Source of the DNA: an uncultured Bacteroidota bacterium
Lineage (GTDB): Bacteria; Bacteroidota; Bacteroidia; 2-12-FULL-35-15
Assembly (NCBI GenBank): GCA_963727705.1
Contig: CAVSHK010000017.1
Span: forward strand, 9,012 to 73,011
Direction: 5' to 3'
DNA length: 64,000 nucleotides
The first letter of the stretch is position 1. Every line of letters begins with the position of its first letter. Positions 1 to 10,912 of the stretch are shown piece after piece. The translations under genes and the position numbers were made by a program. The notes under the pieces are model-generated. The model was given only the letters and a program-made list of their open reading frames with translations. It did not search any database and was not told the DNA's origin.

Positions 1-2915
1 ATGCCACGCAGGGATTGGTAAACATACAAAATAGAATTGACCAGATAAAGATGAGGCTTCCACCACTTGTACAGTTAGAAGGTATTGTGGTAATGCCGTT
101 GATGCCAAGTATGCTTATGTATGTAAATTTATACAGTAAGGATACTGTTAATGCCGACATGAAGCATATCTTTAACTATGCCTATATCAATATGCTACCC
201 GAATTACAGCGGATAGACGGTGTGGCATTTGTGAAAATTCTTGGAAGTCGTCAGTATGCAATGCGAGTATGGCTGAACCCTGACAGAATGCGGGCATATA
301 ATATCAGCTCCGATGAAGTAATGAAGGCCATTGACGAGCAAAGTGCCTGGGGATCACCGGGCAGGTTAGGACGAGCAGACAGTAAACGTTCGGAAGAGAT
401 TGAATATGTATTAACTTATCCCGGAAGGTACAGCGATATTGAACAGTATGAAAATGTTATCGTCAGGGCTAATCCAAATGGTGAGGTTTTACATCTCAAA
501 GACATAGCAAAAGTGGAATTAGGCAGTGAGTATTATGATATTTACTCTACCAAAGATGAATACCCTTCGGCGGCCATTATGATTAACCAAACTTATGGAA
601 GTAATGCTCTTGAGGTAATTGAAGAACTAAAAACAAAGCTGAAAGAACTTGAAAAAGATTTTCCTCCGGGAATGGAGTATGAAATCAGTTACGACGTTTC
701 GTCCTTTTTGGATGCTTCAATTGAAGAAGTTATTCATACCCTGCGTGATGCTTTTATTTTGGTAGCATTGGTAGTGTTTATCTTCTTAGGCGATTGGCGT
801 TCTACACTTATTCCAACACTGGCGGTTCCCGTATCACTTATCGGGGCGTTTTTTGTAATGCAGGCTTTCGGGCTTACGCTTAACCTTATTACCTTGTTTG
901 CTTTGGTATTGGCTATTGGTATCGTGGTGGATGATGCCATCGTCGTCGTCGAGGCTGTGCATGCCAAAATGGAGCAAGAGCACCTGTCACCGTTCAGAGC
1001 CGTACAAAAAGTACTTGGTGAAATTAGCGGAGCTGTAATCGCTATTACTTTATTAATGGTATCGGTATTTATACCTGTATCGTTTATGTCTGGTCCTGTG
1101 GGTGTATTTTACAGGCAATTTTCCATTACCATGGCATCCGCTATTGTTATTTCCGGTTTTGTGGCACTTACACTTACCCCTGTTTTATGTGCCATTATAT
1201 TAAAAAATGATCACGGAAAACCCAAAAAACCAACGCTTTTCAACCGATTTATGGGTGGGTTCAACTCCGGATTTGAAAAAATTACTGGAAAATATGTTGG
1301 ATTGTTAAGAGTGATAGCAAACCGAAAGGTTGTTACATGGAGCTTATTACTAATATTTGCTTTTGGTATTTTTGGTATAACCAGAATTCTTCCTTCGGGT
1401 TTTGTTCCGGATGAAGACCAAGGTATGATTTATGCCGTTTTGCAAACCCCACCCGGCTCCACATTGGAAAGAACATATGATGTCAGCCTTCAGCTAAAAA
1501 ATGTGGCGAAATCGGTGGAAGGAGTACAATCCATTTCTTCATTGGCGGGATTTGAAATTTTAACTCAGGGAAGAGGATCGAACTCAGGAACTTGTATGAT
1601 TAACCTTAAACCTTGGAACGAGCGTAAACATACTGCTAAACAAATTGTTCTTGAATTAGAAGAAAAGGTGAAAGATATTCCGGGTGCAAAAATCGAGTTC
1701 TTTAATCCACCCGCTGTACCCGGATATGGGGCTGCAGGAGGTTTGTCATTGCAATTGTTAGATAAAAACAATAACATTGATTATGAGCGTTGCGGAAAAG
1801 TAACCCAAGATTTTATGAAGGCTCTGCAAAAAAGAAAAGAGTTAACAGCATTGTTTACCTTTTACAGAACCGATTACCCGCAATATGAGTTGGTATTTGA
1901 TAATAAAGTAGCTATGCAAAAAGGAGTTACTATAGGCGAAGCGTTGGATAATCTCTCCTTGATGGTGGGTAGTACGTACGATATCGGTTTTATAAAATAC
2001 GGCCGCTTTTTTAAAGTGTTTGTTCAGGCTGACCCTTCTTACAGAAAACTACCTTCGGATATTTTGAATACCATGTACCTAAAAAATGATAAAGGGGAAA
2101 TGGTACCTTATTCTTCATTTATGAAAATGAAAAAGAAACAAGGCATTTATGAAATTAACCGATACAACATGTACACCACAGCATCTATCCGCTGCGACCC
2201 TGCACCAGGGTTTAGCAGCGGAGAGGCAATTGAAGCGATAAAAGAAGTGGCAAAAACCACATTACCTCACGGATATGATATTGATTGGGCCGGATTACAA
2301 AAAGATGAGGTAAGACGTGGAAACGAAGCAATATACATTTTCCTCATTGTGTTGATGTTTGTGTATTTCGTTCTATCCTCACAATACGAAAGTTTTATCA
2401 TTCCATTTGCTGTTGTACTATCGTTACCAGCTGGAATTTTCGGTTCATTTTTATTAATTAAGATGGCCGGATTGGCAAACGATATTTATGCGCAGGTAGG
2501 GCTAGTCATGCTGGTGGGATTACTGGGTAAAAACGCCGTGTTAATCGTAGAGTTTGCCATCCAAAGGCAACAACAAGGCGCGACAGTACTGGAAGCAGCC
2601 ATAGAAGGTGCTAAAGCTCGTTTTCGCCCTATTTTAATGACCTCTTTTGCCTTTATTGCCGGATTAATTCCTATGGTATTCACACACGGACCAGGTGCTG
2701 TTGGTAGTCATACAATAGGCTGGGCTTCATTAGGTGGTATGTTGTTCGGAACTATTTTCGGGGTAATCATTGTTCCCGGCTTGTATTATATTTTTGGCTC
2801 AATAGCAGAAGGCAGAAAACTGATTAAAGATGAAGCCGAAAATTCATTAACCGAAAAATTTGTCCATAATGTAGATGATTTTCCTCAAACTGAAGAAACT
2901 GACGAACATGAATAA
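1..2915 (+). CDS. Efflux RND transporter permease subunit (AcrB/HAE1-like), 5' end off-window
   Basis: ORF 15..2915 stays open to the window edge in the same frame (..ATQGLVNIQNRIDQ). 966 aa are visible with multi-TM RND architecture and a VVDDAIVVVEAV motif. The stop at 2913-2915 overlaps the ATG at 2908 of the next gene. Confidence 0.9.
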   Translation, partial: ATQGLVNIQNRIDQIKMRLPPLVQLEGIVVMPLMPSMLMYVNLYSKDTVNADMKHIFNYAYINMLPELQRIDGVAFVKILGSRQYAMRVWLNPDRMRAYNISSDEVMKAIDEQSAWGSPGRLGRADSKRSEEIEYVLTYPGRYSDIEQYENVIVRANPNGEVLHLKDIAKVELGSEYYDIYSTKDEYPSAAIMINQTYGSNALEVIEELKTKLKELEKDFPPGMEYEISYDVSSFLDASIEEVIHTLRDAFILVALVVFIFLGDWRSTLIPTLAVPVSLIGAFFVMQAFGLTLNLITLFALVLAIGIVVDDAIVVVEAVHAKMEQEHLSPFRAVQKVLGEISGAVIAITLLMVSVFIPVSFMSGPVGVFYRQFSITMASAIVISGFVALTLTPVLCAIILKNDHGKPKKPTLFNRFMGGFNSGFEKITGKYVGLLRVIANRKVVTWSLLLIFAFGIFGITRILPSGFVPDEDQGMIYAVLQTPPGSTLERTYDVSLQLKNVAKSVEGVQSISSLAGFEILTQGRGSNSGTCMINLKPWNERKHTAKQIVLELEEKVKDIPGAKIEFFNPPAVPGYGAAGGLSLQLLDKNNNIDYERCGKVTQDFMKALQKRKELTALFTFYRTDYPQYELVFDNKVAMQKGVTIGEALDNLSLMVGSTYDIGFIKYGRFFKVFVQADPSYRKLPSDILNTMYLKNDKGEMVPYSSFMKMKKKQGIYEINRYNMYTTASIRCDPAPGFSSGEAIEAIKEVAKTTLPHGYDIDWAGLQKDEVRRGNEAIYIFLIVLMFVYFVLSSQYESFIIPFAVVLSLPAGIFGSFLLIKMAGLANDIYAQVGLVMLVGLLGKNAVLIVEFAIQRQQQGATVLEAAIEGAKARFRPILMTSFAFIAGLIPMVFTHGPGAVGSHTIGWASLGGMLFGTIFGVIIVPGLYYIFGSIAEGRKLIKDEAENSLTEKFVHNVDDFPQTEETDEHE

Positions 2916-4347
2916 AAAGAATATATTTAACTATTTAGGGATAATCAGTATTTCCCTGATTTATACTGCTTGTATGGGACCTACATTGGTTCCAAGGGCG
3001 GAAAACAAAACAGCCCCTGCAAATTTTAACAATTCGCAGGATACTGTTAATACGGCTAAGGTCAAGTGGAAAGATTTTTTTACCGACCCAAACCTAGTTG
3101 CCTTATTGACACAGCCCTTCAAAACAATCAGGAACTGAACATTGTGTTACAGGAAATTAATGTTGCTCAAAAATGAAGTAAGAGCAAGAAAAGCTGCATA
3201 CTTACCTTTTGTTGGTTTAGGAGCCGGGGCTGATGTTGAAAAAACAGCTAGATATACCAGGGATGGAGCTATCGATGATAATTCCAACAATACTATTGCA
3301 CCGGGACAATCTATTCCACAGGTATTACCAACTTATATGTTTGGGGCTATCGCTTCATGGCAGGTGGATATTTGGAAACAGTTAAGAAATTCTAAAAATG
3401 CGGCAGCACGCAGGTACTTGGCTACTACCGAAGGTAAAAACTTTATGGTTACCCATTTAATTGCCGAAATTGCTAATTCCTATTATGAATTAATGGCATT
3501 GGATAATCAATTGGAAATACTTAAAAAAAATATACAAATCCAACAAAATGCGTTGGAAATGGTAAAGCAGGAAAAAAAGGCTGCTAAGACAACAGAATTA
3601 GCAGTCCGTAGGTTTCAGGCGGAAGTACTCAAAAATCAAAGTCGCCAGTATTACATTAAACAGCAAATTATAGAAACTGAGAATAGGATTAATTTTTTGG
3701 TCGGAAGATACCCTAAACCAATCACAAGAAATTCTCAAACTTTTTCAGATTTAGTCCCTACTGCCATTCACGCAGGTATTCCATCACAACTTTTAGAGAA
3801 CCGAACCGATATTAAACAGGCGGAACAGGGGCTTGCTGCAACCAAGTTAGACGTTAAGGCTGCTAAAGCTAACTTTTATCCTACATTTATGATTATGGGA
3901 GGAATTGGTTACGAAGCATTTAATGCAAAGTATCTAATAACAACTCCTCAATCGATGCTTTTTAATTTGGCTGGGGGATTAGTTGCCCCATTAATTAACA
4001 GAAATGCTATTAAAGCAACTTATTATTCATCTAATTCAAGACAGATACAAGCTGTTTACAATTACGAGAGGACAATCTTAAAAGCTTACATTGAAGTTGT
4101 CAACCAACTGTCAAATATTAATAATTTGGAACAAAGTTACGATTTGAAAGCAAAACAAGTCGATGCACTTACACAGTCAATTGATATTTCTATAGGACTC
4201 TTCAGATATGCGAGAGCGGATTACATGGATGTATTATTAACCCAACGTGACGCTTTGGAATCAAAATTTGAGCTTATTGAAACCAAAAAGAAACAAATGA
4301 ATGCCGTGGTTAATATATACCAAGCATTGGGTGGGGGATGGAAATAA
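2908..4347 (+). pseudogene. NodT/TolC-family efflux outer-membrane lipoprotein, interrupted as sequenced (paired -1/+1 indels expose an in-frame TGA)
   Basis: Fragments 2875..3138 and 3142..4347 share one frame and are split by TGA 3136-3138. The likely real start is ATG 2908, giving MNKKNIFNYLGIISISLIYTAC with a lipobox. Frame 3 between about 3108 and 3173 reads DTALQNNQELNIVLQEINVAQ, the expected outer-membrane-factor motif. The span is 1440 nt, a multiple of 3. Confidence 0.8.
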
Positions 4348-4392
4348 TATGACGCAGACAAACTGATTTTCTTGTGCCTTTTTCTTTTTGGA

Positions 4393-5253
4393 TCATTTAT
4401 ACCTAGATAATATATTCTCAGAAAGAGCTAAAGCTTCACTAAACGAATTTTTATTAATGCCTAATGTTAGATTTTTTTCTTGAAAAAAATCTAACATTTT
4501 TGCTGTTGGCATATTACCTGTTAACTTATCGGCTGCCATTGGGCAACCTCCGTATCCTTTTATCGCTCCGTCAAACCTTAAACAGCCACTATTATACGCG
4601 GCATTTACTTTTTCCTCCCAAGTATCAGGCGTTGTATGAAGATGTGCTCCAAATTCAACACCTGGAAAAGTAGGAATTAAATTAGAAAACAAATAAGATA
4701 TGTTCTGAGGATTTGAAACACCTATTGTATCAGACAAAGCAATAATTCTGATTCCCATTTTTACTAACTCTTTCGTCCACGCAACCACAATATCGCTCCC
4801 CCACTCGTCTCCGTAGGGATTTCCAAATGCCATTGAGATGTAAACTACCAGTTGTTTTTTATTTCTTACGCATAAATCTTGTATTTCTTCCACCCTTTGC
4901 AATGATTCTGAAATAGAAGAATTGGTGTTGCGTTGTTGAAAAGTTTCGGAAATTGAAAAAGGAAATCCTAAATAACTGATCTCTTCAAATTCCACTGCAT
5001 CCTGCGCTCCACGCACATTGGCTATAATGGCTAATAATTTTGATGACGTTTCAGTAAGTTCCAATTGTTGCAATACTTGCCCCGTATCACGCATTTGAGG
5101 TATTGTTTTTGGAGAAACGAAACTACCAAAATCAACGGTATCAAAACCAACCTTCAAAATAGAGTTTATCAATGCTACTTTTTTTTCAGTAGGAATAAAC
5201 TCATGAATTCCTTGCATGGCATCTCGCGGACATTCTATTAGTTTTATTGCCAT
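4393..5253 (-). CDS. Hydroxymethylglutaryl-CoA lyase
   Basis: 286 aa. The N-terminus IECPRDAMQG..FIPT..VGFDTVDFGSFVSPKTIPQMRDT is typical of the HMGL family (TIM-barrel lyase). Confidence 0.85.
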   Translation of the reverse strand: MAIKLIECPRDAMQGIHEFIPTEKKVALINSILKVGFDTVDFGSFVSPKTIPQMRDTGQVLQQLELTETSSKLLAIIANVRGAQDAVEFEEISYLGFPFSISETFQQRNTNSSISESLQRVEEIQDLCVRNKKQLVVYISMAFGNPYGDEWGSDIVVAWTKELVKMGIRIIALSDTIGVSNPQNISYLFSNLIPTFPGVEFGAHLHTTPDTWEEKVNAAYNSGCLRFDGAIKGYGGCPMAADKLTGNMPTAKMLDFFQEKNLTLGINKNSFSEALALSENILSRYK

Positions 5254-5256
5254 AAC

Positions 5257-6300
5257 TCATCCGTTTGTTAATGTTTTCAAGAGCCCCTTATTTATTTTTT
5301 TAACGATACTTGGTCCTTCATAAATAAAACCGGTGTATACTTGAACCAAACTTGCTCCGGCATTTAATTTTTCCAGCGCATCTTCGGCTGTATAAATTCC
5401 ACCAACAGCTATAATAGGGAATGCTTTATTCGATTTTGTATTAAGATACATTACAACTTCGGTAGCTCTTTTAGTTAATGGCTTTCCACTTAAACCTCCG
5501 GCTCCGATAGCCTCAAGTTTTGAGCTTTGCGTCTTAAGTCCTTCCCGCGATATGGTGGTATTTGTGGCAATTACACCATCTATTTTCGTTTGATTAACAA
5601 TATCAATAATATCATCTAATTGCTCATTCGTTAAATCCGGTGCTATTTTTAGCAGAATAGGTTTCGGATTTTTCTTTTTTGAATTTAACGATTTTAATTT
5701 ATTCAACAGTTGTGTTAATGGTTCTTTTTCCTGCAATGCCCTTAAATTAGGAGTATTGGGTGAACTTACATTTACAGCGAAATAATCTACATAATCAAAT
5801 AATGCTTCAAAACATTGTTCATAATCATTTACGGCATCTTCGTTGGGGGTTATTTTGTTTTTACCAATGTTTCCACCTACAATGATGTTACTAGTTCTTT
5901 TTTTCAATCGTTCCACAGCCTCAGCTACGCCACGATTATTAAAGCCCATACGATTTATCAGTGCTTCATCTTCCGGCAAACGGAACATACGTGGTTTTTC
6001 ATTACCCGGTTGTGCTTTAGGAGTTAATGTTCCAATTTCGACAAAACTAAATCCGAAACAACTAAGTTCATTAAAAAGCTTTGCATCCTTATCAAATCCG
6101 GCTGCCAATCCCACAGGATTCGCAAATTGCAAACCGAATAAATTACGTTCCAAGCGTTTGTCGTTAATAATGTAAAAACTTCTTATAATTTGTTTAACAC
6201 CCGGAATTTTAAAAGAAATGTTCAATATCTTAAAAACAATGTGATGTATTGTTTCGGGTTGAAAAAGAAATAAAACAGGTTTTATAAATGTTTTATACAT
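5257..6300 (-). CDS. pyrD: Dihydroorotate dehydrogenase (quinone), class 2
   Basis: 347 aa with an N-terminal membrane-associated helix. Motifs [31 protein letters not shown] and GGLSGKPL are present. Confidence 0.9.
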   Translation of the reverse strand: MYKTFIKPVLFLFQPETIHHIVFKILNISFKIPGVKQIIRSFYIINDKRLERNLFGLQFANPVGLAAGFDKDAKLFNELSCFGFSFVEIGTLTPKAQPGNEKPRMFRLPEDEALINRMGFNNRGVAEAVERLKKRTSNIIVGGNIGKNKITPNEDAVNDYEQCFEALFDYVDYFAVNVSSPNTPNLRALQEKEPLTQLLNKLKSLNSKKKNPKPILLKIAPDLTNEQLDDIIDIVNQTKIDGVIATNTTISREGLKTQSSKLEAIGAGGLSGKPLTKRATEVVMYLNTKSNKAFPIIAVGGIYTAEDALEKLNAGASLVQVYTGFIYEGPSIVKKINKGLLKTLTNG

Positions 6301-6385
6301 AAAGTAAATCTAGAATAAAATTTAACTGGAGATATTTACTGGTATAAAGTTAATATTCCTAAGCAAATAACGCTTTAAAGTTAAT

Positions 6386-7420
6386 TCATCTGTTTTTTTG
6401 ATAAAAATTATTTAAATCAAAAACTATTGAAAAAGTATTAGATGCTCCGGCAATACTATATGATGCTCTTGCGTAGCTTAACTGAAATTTATAAATGCGC
6501 AGACCAAAACCAAATGAAAATCCTGTCATACCTTTTCTATTATCAATTTTTAATTCCTCTCTGCGTTGATAATTGTATCCGGCTCTGATAAAGAAATTTT
6601 TTGATATACTCAACTCCCCTCCTATTATTAAATGTCGCATCAAATTATCTCCAAAGTTTTTAATCTTGTAATGTTTAACCGTGCTTGTTGTAACCGTATC
6701 ATATACCATATTCCAGCGCTCCAGATTCTGATAAGTCAGCGATAATCTTACAGGAGCATGTTGCAATTTTTTTGAACAGCCCAACAACATCTGAAATGGA
6801 AGATTTTCACGTGATCCACCTGACGTATATGTTTTCCATTGTATACCTGCATTTTGAACCATTGCAGTTATTCCGAAATTGTATTTTGGAATCACATATG
6901 CACAACTCGCATCCATTGCTGATCCCAAAGAGGTATAAGAATTAAAGTTGGAATATATTGTTTTTAACGTTGTGCCAATGGTTAAATTAGAATCCACAAC
7001 CGGACGAGCATATGATATATTAAAACTCATGTCACTAGCTACAAAAGTGCCATTAATATTACCATATTCATCCGTACTATTAAATTTTCCATAGTCGAGA
7101 TATTGGATTCCGAATGCAATATTTTGATTTTTTTTAATATTTTTTGCATATGCAACGTACCCATAATTTATGTCTGAAAAAAAATTTACATAATTTAACG
7201 ATACATTATTATTCATTGTATCGGCAAGTAAAGCGGGATTATTTAGTGCTGAATTAAAGTCATTATCTTTTGCTGAAAATAGCGTACCATCCAAGGCGGC
7301 GGCTCGTGCCGAAGGTGGAAGTTTTAAAAAATCGTAGGTCGTTCCCCCGCCAATCTGAGAATAACCTCCAGTGCTGGCAATAATTAACAAAAAAATTAAA
7401 AAAGTGTTACGAAAAATCAT
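6386..7420 (-). CDS. Outer-membrane beta-barrel protein, probable T9SS PorQ family
   Basis: 344 aa with a signal peptide. The N-terminal motif YDFLKLPPSARAAALDG...NNPALL resembles PorQ-type proteins as I recall them. The sequence is beta-strand rich with a C-terminal aromatic residue. Confidence 0.55.
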   Translation of the reverse strand: MIFRNTFLIFLLIIASTGGYSQIGGGTTYDFLKLPPSARAAALDGTLFSAKDNDFNSALNNPALLADTMNNNVSLNYVNFFSDINYGYVAYAKNIKKNQNIAFGIQYLDYGKFNSTDEYGNINGTFVASDMSFNISYARPVVDSNLTIGTTLKTIYSNFNSYTSLGSAMDASCAYVIPKYNFGITAMVQNAGIQWKTYTSGGSRENLPFQMLLGCSKKLQHAPVRLSLTYQNLERWNMVYDTVTTSTVKHYKIKNFGDNLMRHLIIGGELSISKNFFIRAGYNYQRREELKIDNRKGMTGFSFGFGLRIYKFQLSYARASYSIAGASNTFSIVFDLNNFYQKNR

Positions 7421-7479
7421 TAAAAAAATAAAAATTATATGTAAACTTCTGATTCCAGAGGGTTTTTATGGATTTTAAT

Positions 7480-8313
7480 TTACACTAACTTACTAAACAA
7501 ATCAGGATAATCACTAATAACGCCATTAACTCCCATTTGTTTTAAATCCTGCATAATTTTTAAATCATTTACTGTCCATGGTATTAATTGAATTCCTTTA
7601 TCCCTACATGCACTAACTATTAATTTATTTACGGTTGTATAATCAGGCGAATAAACATCAGGTACAAAACCCAATTCTTCTATTTGTTTAGACAAGTCTT
7701 TTGCAATCGTTGGCTCATATAACAGCGATGTTTTTATGGATGGGTAATTTACTTTTAAATACTGTAAGGTACGCATGTCAAACGACTGAATAATCACTCG
7801 CTCTTGGATGTTTTTATTTATTATAACATTCATTAATAAATCAACAAATTCAGGTGGTTCAGGATGAAAGATATTATCCGTTTCTGGTAAACATTTTGTT
7901 TCAATATTGTATTGAACATTACTTAATAAATGTTCTTTACAATAAGCTTCAACACGATCAATCATATCCGACAACAAGGGTTTTGTAACCTTTATTTTTT
8001 TTTGATTCGGAAATCGAGGATGAATTTTTAAGCCAACATCAAAGCTCAAGGTTTGTTCATATGACATTTTATATATATTGAACAATTTTTCGTCTTTTTC
8101 TTCAATAAAATCACCGTTGGCTTGTGTGGTTAGTTCATGATTAAAAAAAGGTTCGTGGCTAACTAATACTTTTTTGTCTTGAGTGATAACCACATCCAAT
8201 TCTAAAGTAGTTACTCTCAAATCAATTGCTCTTAAAAATGCGGGAATGGTATTTTCTGGCATTAAACCTCTGCATCCTCTATGACCCTGTTTATCAAATA
8301 ACACATCTTTCAT
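7480..8313 (-). CDS. Glycerophosphodiester phosphodiesterase family protein
   Basis: 277 aa. The GDPD signature HRGCRGLMPENTIPAF and a later ELDV motif are present. Confidence 0.85.
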   Translation of the reverse strand: MKDVLFDKQGHRGCRGLMPENTIPAFLRAIDLRVTTLELDVVITQDKKVLVSHEPFFNHELTTQANGDFIEEKDEKLFNIYKMSYEQTLSFDVGLKIHPRFPNQKKIKVTKPLLSDMIDRVEAYCKEHLLSNVQYNIETKCLPETDNIFHPEPPEFVDLLMNVIINKNIQERVIIQSFDMRTLQYLKVNYPSIKTSLLYEPTIAKDLSKQIEELGFVPDVYSPDYTTVNKLIVSACRDKGIQLIPWTVNDLKIMQDLKQMGVNGVISDYPDLFSKLV

Positions 8314-8406
8314 TTTTTGTGAAGTAAATTATAAAAATAAAAAAGCCCAACAGAAAACAGACATTACTCATTGCTCTCTATCGGGCTTGTTTTTAAACAG
8401 AAATTG

Positions 8407-10839
8407 CTATTTCTTTAAATAAGGTTCTCCTTTAGCATTTGTGATAATGAAAAGAACTTTTCTGTTGTTCTTTTCTACCTCAACTTGTTCGTCTTTAGCA
8501 ACAGGTGCTATTTCTTCTCCCATTCCTTCTGCTTTAACCCTCTCTGCAGCCACACCTTTTTTCACAATTAATTTTTTAACCGTAATAGCTCTATCCAAGG
8601 AAAGTGCTTTATTAAATTTTTCTGTTCCCAATGAATCCGTATAACCACGCAATTCTAAAAATGCATCTTTGTTGTCTTTCATGAAATTTGCCACTTCATT
8701 TAATTCATTTTCATATTTTAAAGTGAATTCTGATTTCGACAAATCAAAATGTAGAGGTTTGAAAGTAACTAAATTGTCATTTTTCACTTTATTGGCTTCT
8801 AACGCATCTATGTGTTTCGATTCATTTTTAGGTTCTGATTTGTGTTTATGAGTAACGACAGATGACGTGGTATTTGAAGTTCCAGAACCTTGCATCGCCG
8901 AAATTCTTGCCAATGAATCCTGCGTTTTATAAATCATCTCAAAATTAGAAGTATCAATATAATTTGTTTGAGTATATATTTTAAAATTTTTACGATCCGG
9001 TTTGATATATTTAACAAATTTTGAATATTCCTCGTCCTGAGTTAAATTGTCTTTTTTATAATAGGACAGTGCAGGGATAACCTCTCTACACATAGGAAAA
9101 TCTTTTTGAAGCACCTTTTGATTGCGAACTCCCGATTTTTGAATTTCTTTTTCAATATCAAAAAACGCATTGTAAATAGTTGTTTTATAACCAATCAACA
9201 AACCTCTGTAATTTTTCATTGGCTCATAAACTATTTCTTGAAGCGAATTATATGTATCACATGTTTCAGGGGTTTTAAAATATAATGTATCCAAAATACT
9301 ATCAGAATTATAACGAGGAATTAACATTAAATATTCGCTATTACTTTTATAAGAAACATCTGTTCGTTGATTAACAGGAAGTGTTTTTAGGGATCCTACG
9401 TCTTCCATATTCATAACAGTAACTTTTAGATTTTTAGGGGCTAAGTCACCTAAATAAGTTGCCAACAAGGATACATTTATCGGTTGAGTATTCTTTACCA
9501 TAAATATATCGTAATTGCCAACACCTTCTTTTCTCATTGTTGTGTAATAACCAATGTTTTTATTTTTGTCATATGAATAAAAAATATCGTCCGTACCTGA
9601 ATTAAGAGGCATTCCTAAATTTTCAGCTTCGCTCCATGAGTTTTTTTGAAGTTTACTTTTAAAAACATCAAAGCCCCCAATTGAATTATGTCCTTGAGAA
9701 GAAAAATAAAGCGTTTGTTCATCCAAATCAAAAAACGGAGACTCTTCATCTAAATTAGTATTGATAGAAGCGCCCAAATTTTGAGCAGCTCCCCATGTTC
9801 CATCCACTTGTAAGACTGCCTTATAAATATCTTTTCCTCCATATCCACCAGGTCTTGAACTCACAAAATACATTTCTTTACCATCCATTGTAAAGTACAA
9901 ACTTGGAGCTACATCACTTTTAAGTAAAACAGATGTTCTAAATTTCTTTGGGACTCCCAATTTTCCACCACTTACAAATGACTTCCATACTTTATTTTTA
10001 CGATACATGTAAAAAACACCTCCGTCAGGAGAAAGAGCAATAGATGCATCATTAGTATTGGTATTAATTAGTGGACCCGCATTTTCTGCATTTGAAAAAA
10101 CAGGTGAATCATTTGTTTTAACACCGTTGGCAGGTTTCACGGATGTGCTTGTTTTAGAGGAATTTCTGGCAATATAAATGTCTTCAAAAAAATCACCTCC
10201 ATCAATAGTTGTCCTTCCACCGGTAGATCCTTTGCGAGTTGATGTAAATATCAAAGCCGACTGATCGGGTAACATTAAAGGAGAATAATCAGGGTAAATT
10301 GAATTAACTGTATTACTTAGGCAAAACACTCTGATATTTGTTTTCTTTTGTTTTAAACTTTTAGCCAATTCACATTGTTTTATTTCTTTATCAGCAATGG
10401 AATCTATAGTATTAGGAAATGTTTTTGCAATTGTAAAACTTTCAATCGCCTCATCAAATCTATTTGTTATATGATAAGCGTATCCCATATAATAGTGAAA
10501 CTCAAAAGTAGCTCCATCATTTATTGCTTTATATTTGCGTGCAGCTTCAAAATACTTTATACTTTTAGCCGTTTCTTGATTTGATTTCAAATAACAAAAA
10601 CCTGCTCTAAAATTGTATAAAAATTTTGTAGAATCATACTTCAACAACTCTAAATATAAAGGTAAAGCGTTATTATAATCATTAAATAAAAATCGATTAT
10701 TCGCTTTTTTATTTAAAAAACTTATCCTGTCATCATTATTTGTTTGTGCAATAGCATCATATGATTTTAACATAAGAGTTAAAACAGCGACGATAAGCAT
10801 GATCTTTTTAAAAAACCTTAAGGCTATTGATTTTTTCAT
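8407..10839 (-). CDS. TPR + PD40/TolB-like beta-propeller + OmpA C-terminal domain protein
   Basis: 810 aa with a signal peptide and N-terminal TPR-like repeats. PD40-type repeats follow (YFTS.R.GG.GG.DIY..). The C-terminal OmpA-like domain reads LRGYTDSLGTEKFNKALSLDRA. Confidence 0.8.
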   Translation of the reverse strand: MKKSIALRFFKKIMLIVAVLTLMLKSYDAIAQTNNDDRISFLNKKANNRFLFNDYNNALPLYLELLKYDSTKFLYNFRAGFCYLKSNQETAKSIKYFEAARKYKAINDGATFEFHYYMGYAYHITNRFDEAIESFTIAKTFPNTIDSIADKEIKQCELAKSLKQKKTNIRVFCLSNTVNSIYPDYSPLMLPDQSALIFTSTRKGSTGGRTTIDGGDFFEDIYIARNSSKTSTSVKPANGVKTNDSPVFSNAENAGPLINTNTNDASIALSPDGGVFYMYRKNKVWKSFVSGGKLGVPKKFRTSVLLKSDVAPSLYFTMDGKEMYFVSSRPGGYGGKDIYKAVLQVDGTWGAAQNLGASINTNLDEESPFFDLDEQTLYFSSQGHNSIGGFDVFKSKLQKNSWSEAENLGMPLNSGTDDIFYSYDKNKNIGYYTTMRKEGVGNYDIFMVKNTQPINVSLLATYLGDLAPKNLKVTVMNMEDVGSLKTLPVNQRTDVSYKSNSEYLMLIPRYNSDSILDTLYFKTPETCDTYNSLQEIVYEPMKNYRGLLIGYKTTIYNAFFDIEKEIQKSGVRNQKVLQKDFPMCREVIPALSYYKKDNLTQDEEYSKFVKYIKPDRKNFKIYTQTNYIDTSNFEMIYKTQDSLARISAMQGSGTSNTTSSVVTHKHKSEPKNESKHIDALEANKVKNDNLVTFKPLHFDLSKSEFTLKYENELNEVANFMKDNKDAFLELRGYTDSLGTEKFNKALSLDRAITVKKLIVKKGVAAERVKAEGMGEEIAPVAKDEQVEVEKNNRKVLFIITNAKGEPYLKK

Positions 10840-10912
10840 AACGAAATTAATTTGATTGTTTTAAATCCAGTTGTTTTTGTTTCTTTATAAATTATTTGTT
10901 TGCTGTTAAGCA

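Noticed and set aside
3136-3138. In-frame TGA in the outer-membrane factor as possible selenocysteine, stop-codon readthrough or an alternative genetic code.
   Set aside because: The residues flanking the TGA in that frame (LTQPFKTIRN / TLCYRKLMLLK) are not family-like, while frame 3 gives the conserved motif. Many other genes in the window end in TGA (for example the TolC-like gene), and no SECIS-like hairpin was noticed.
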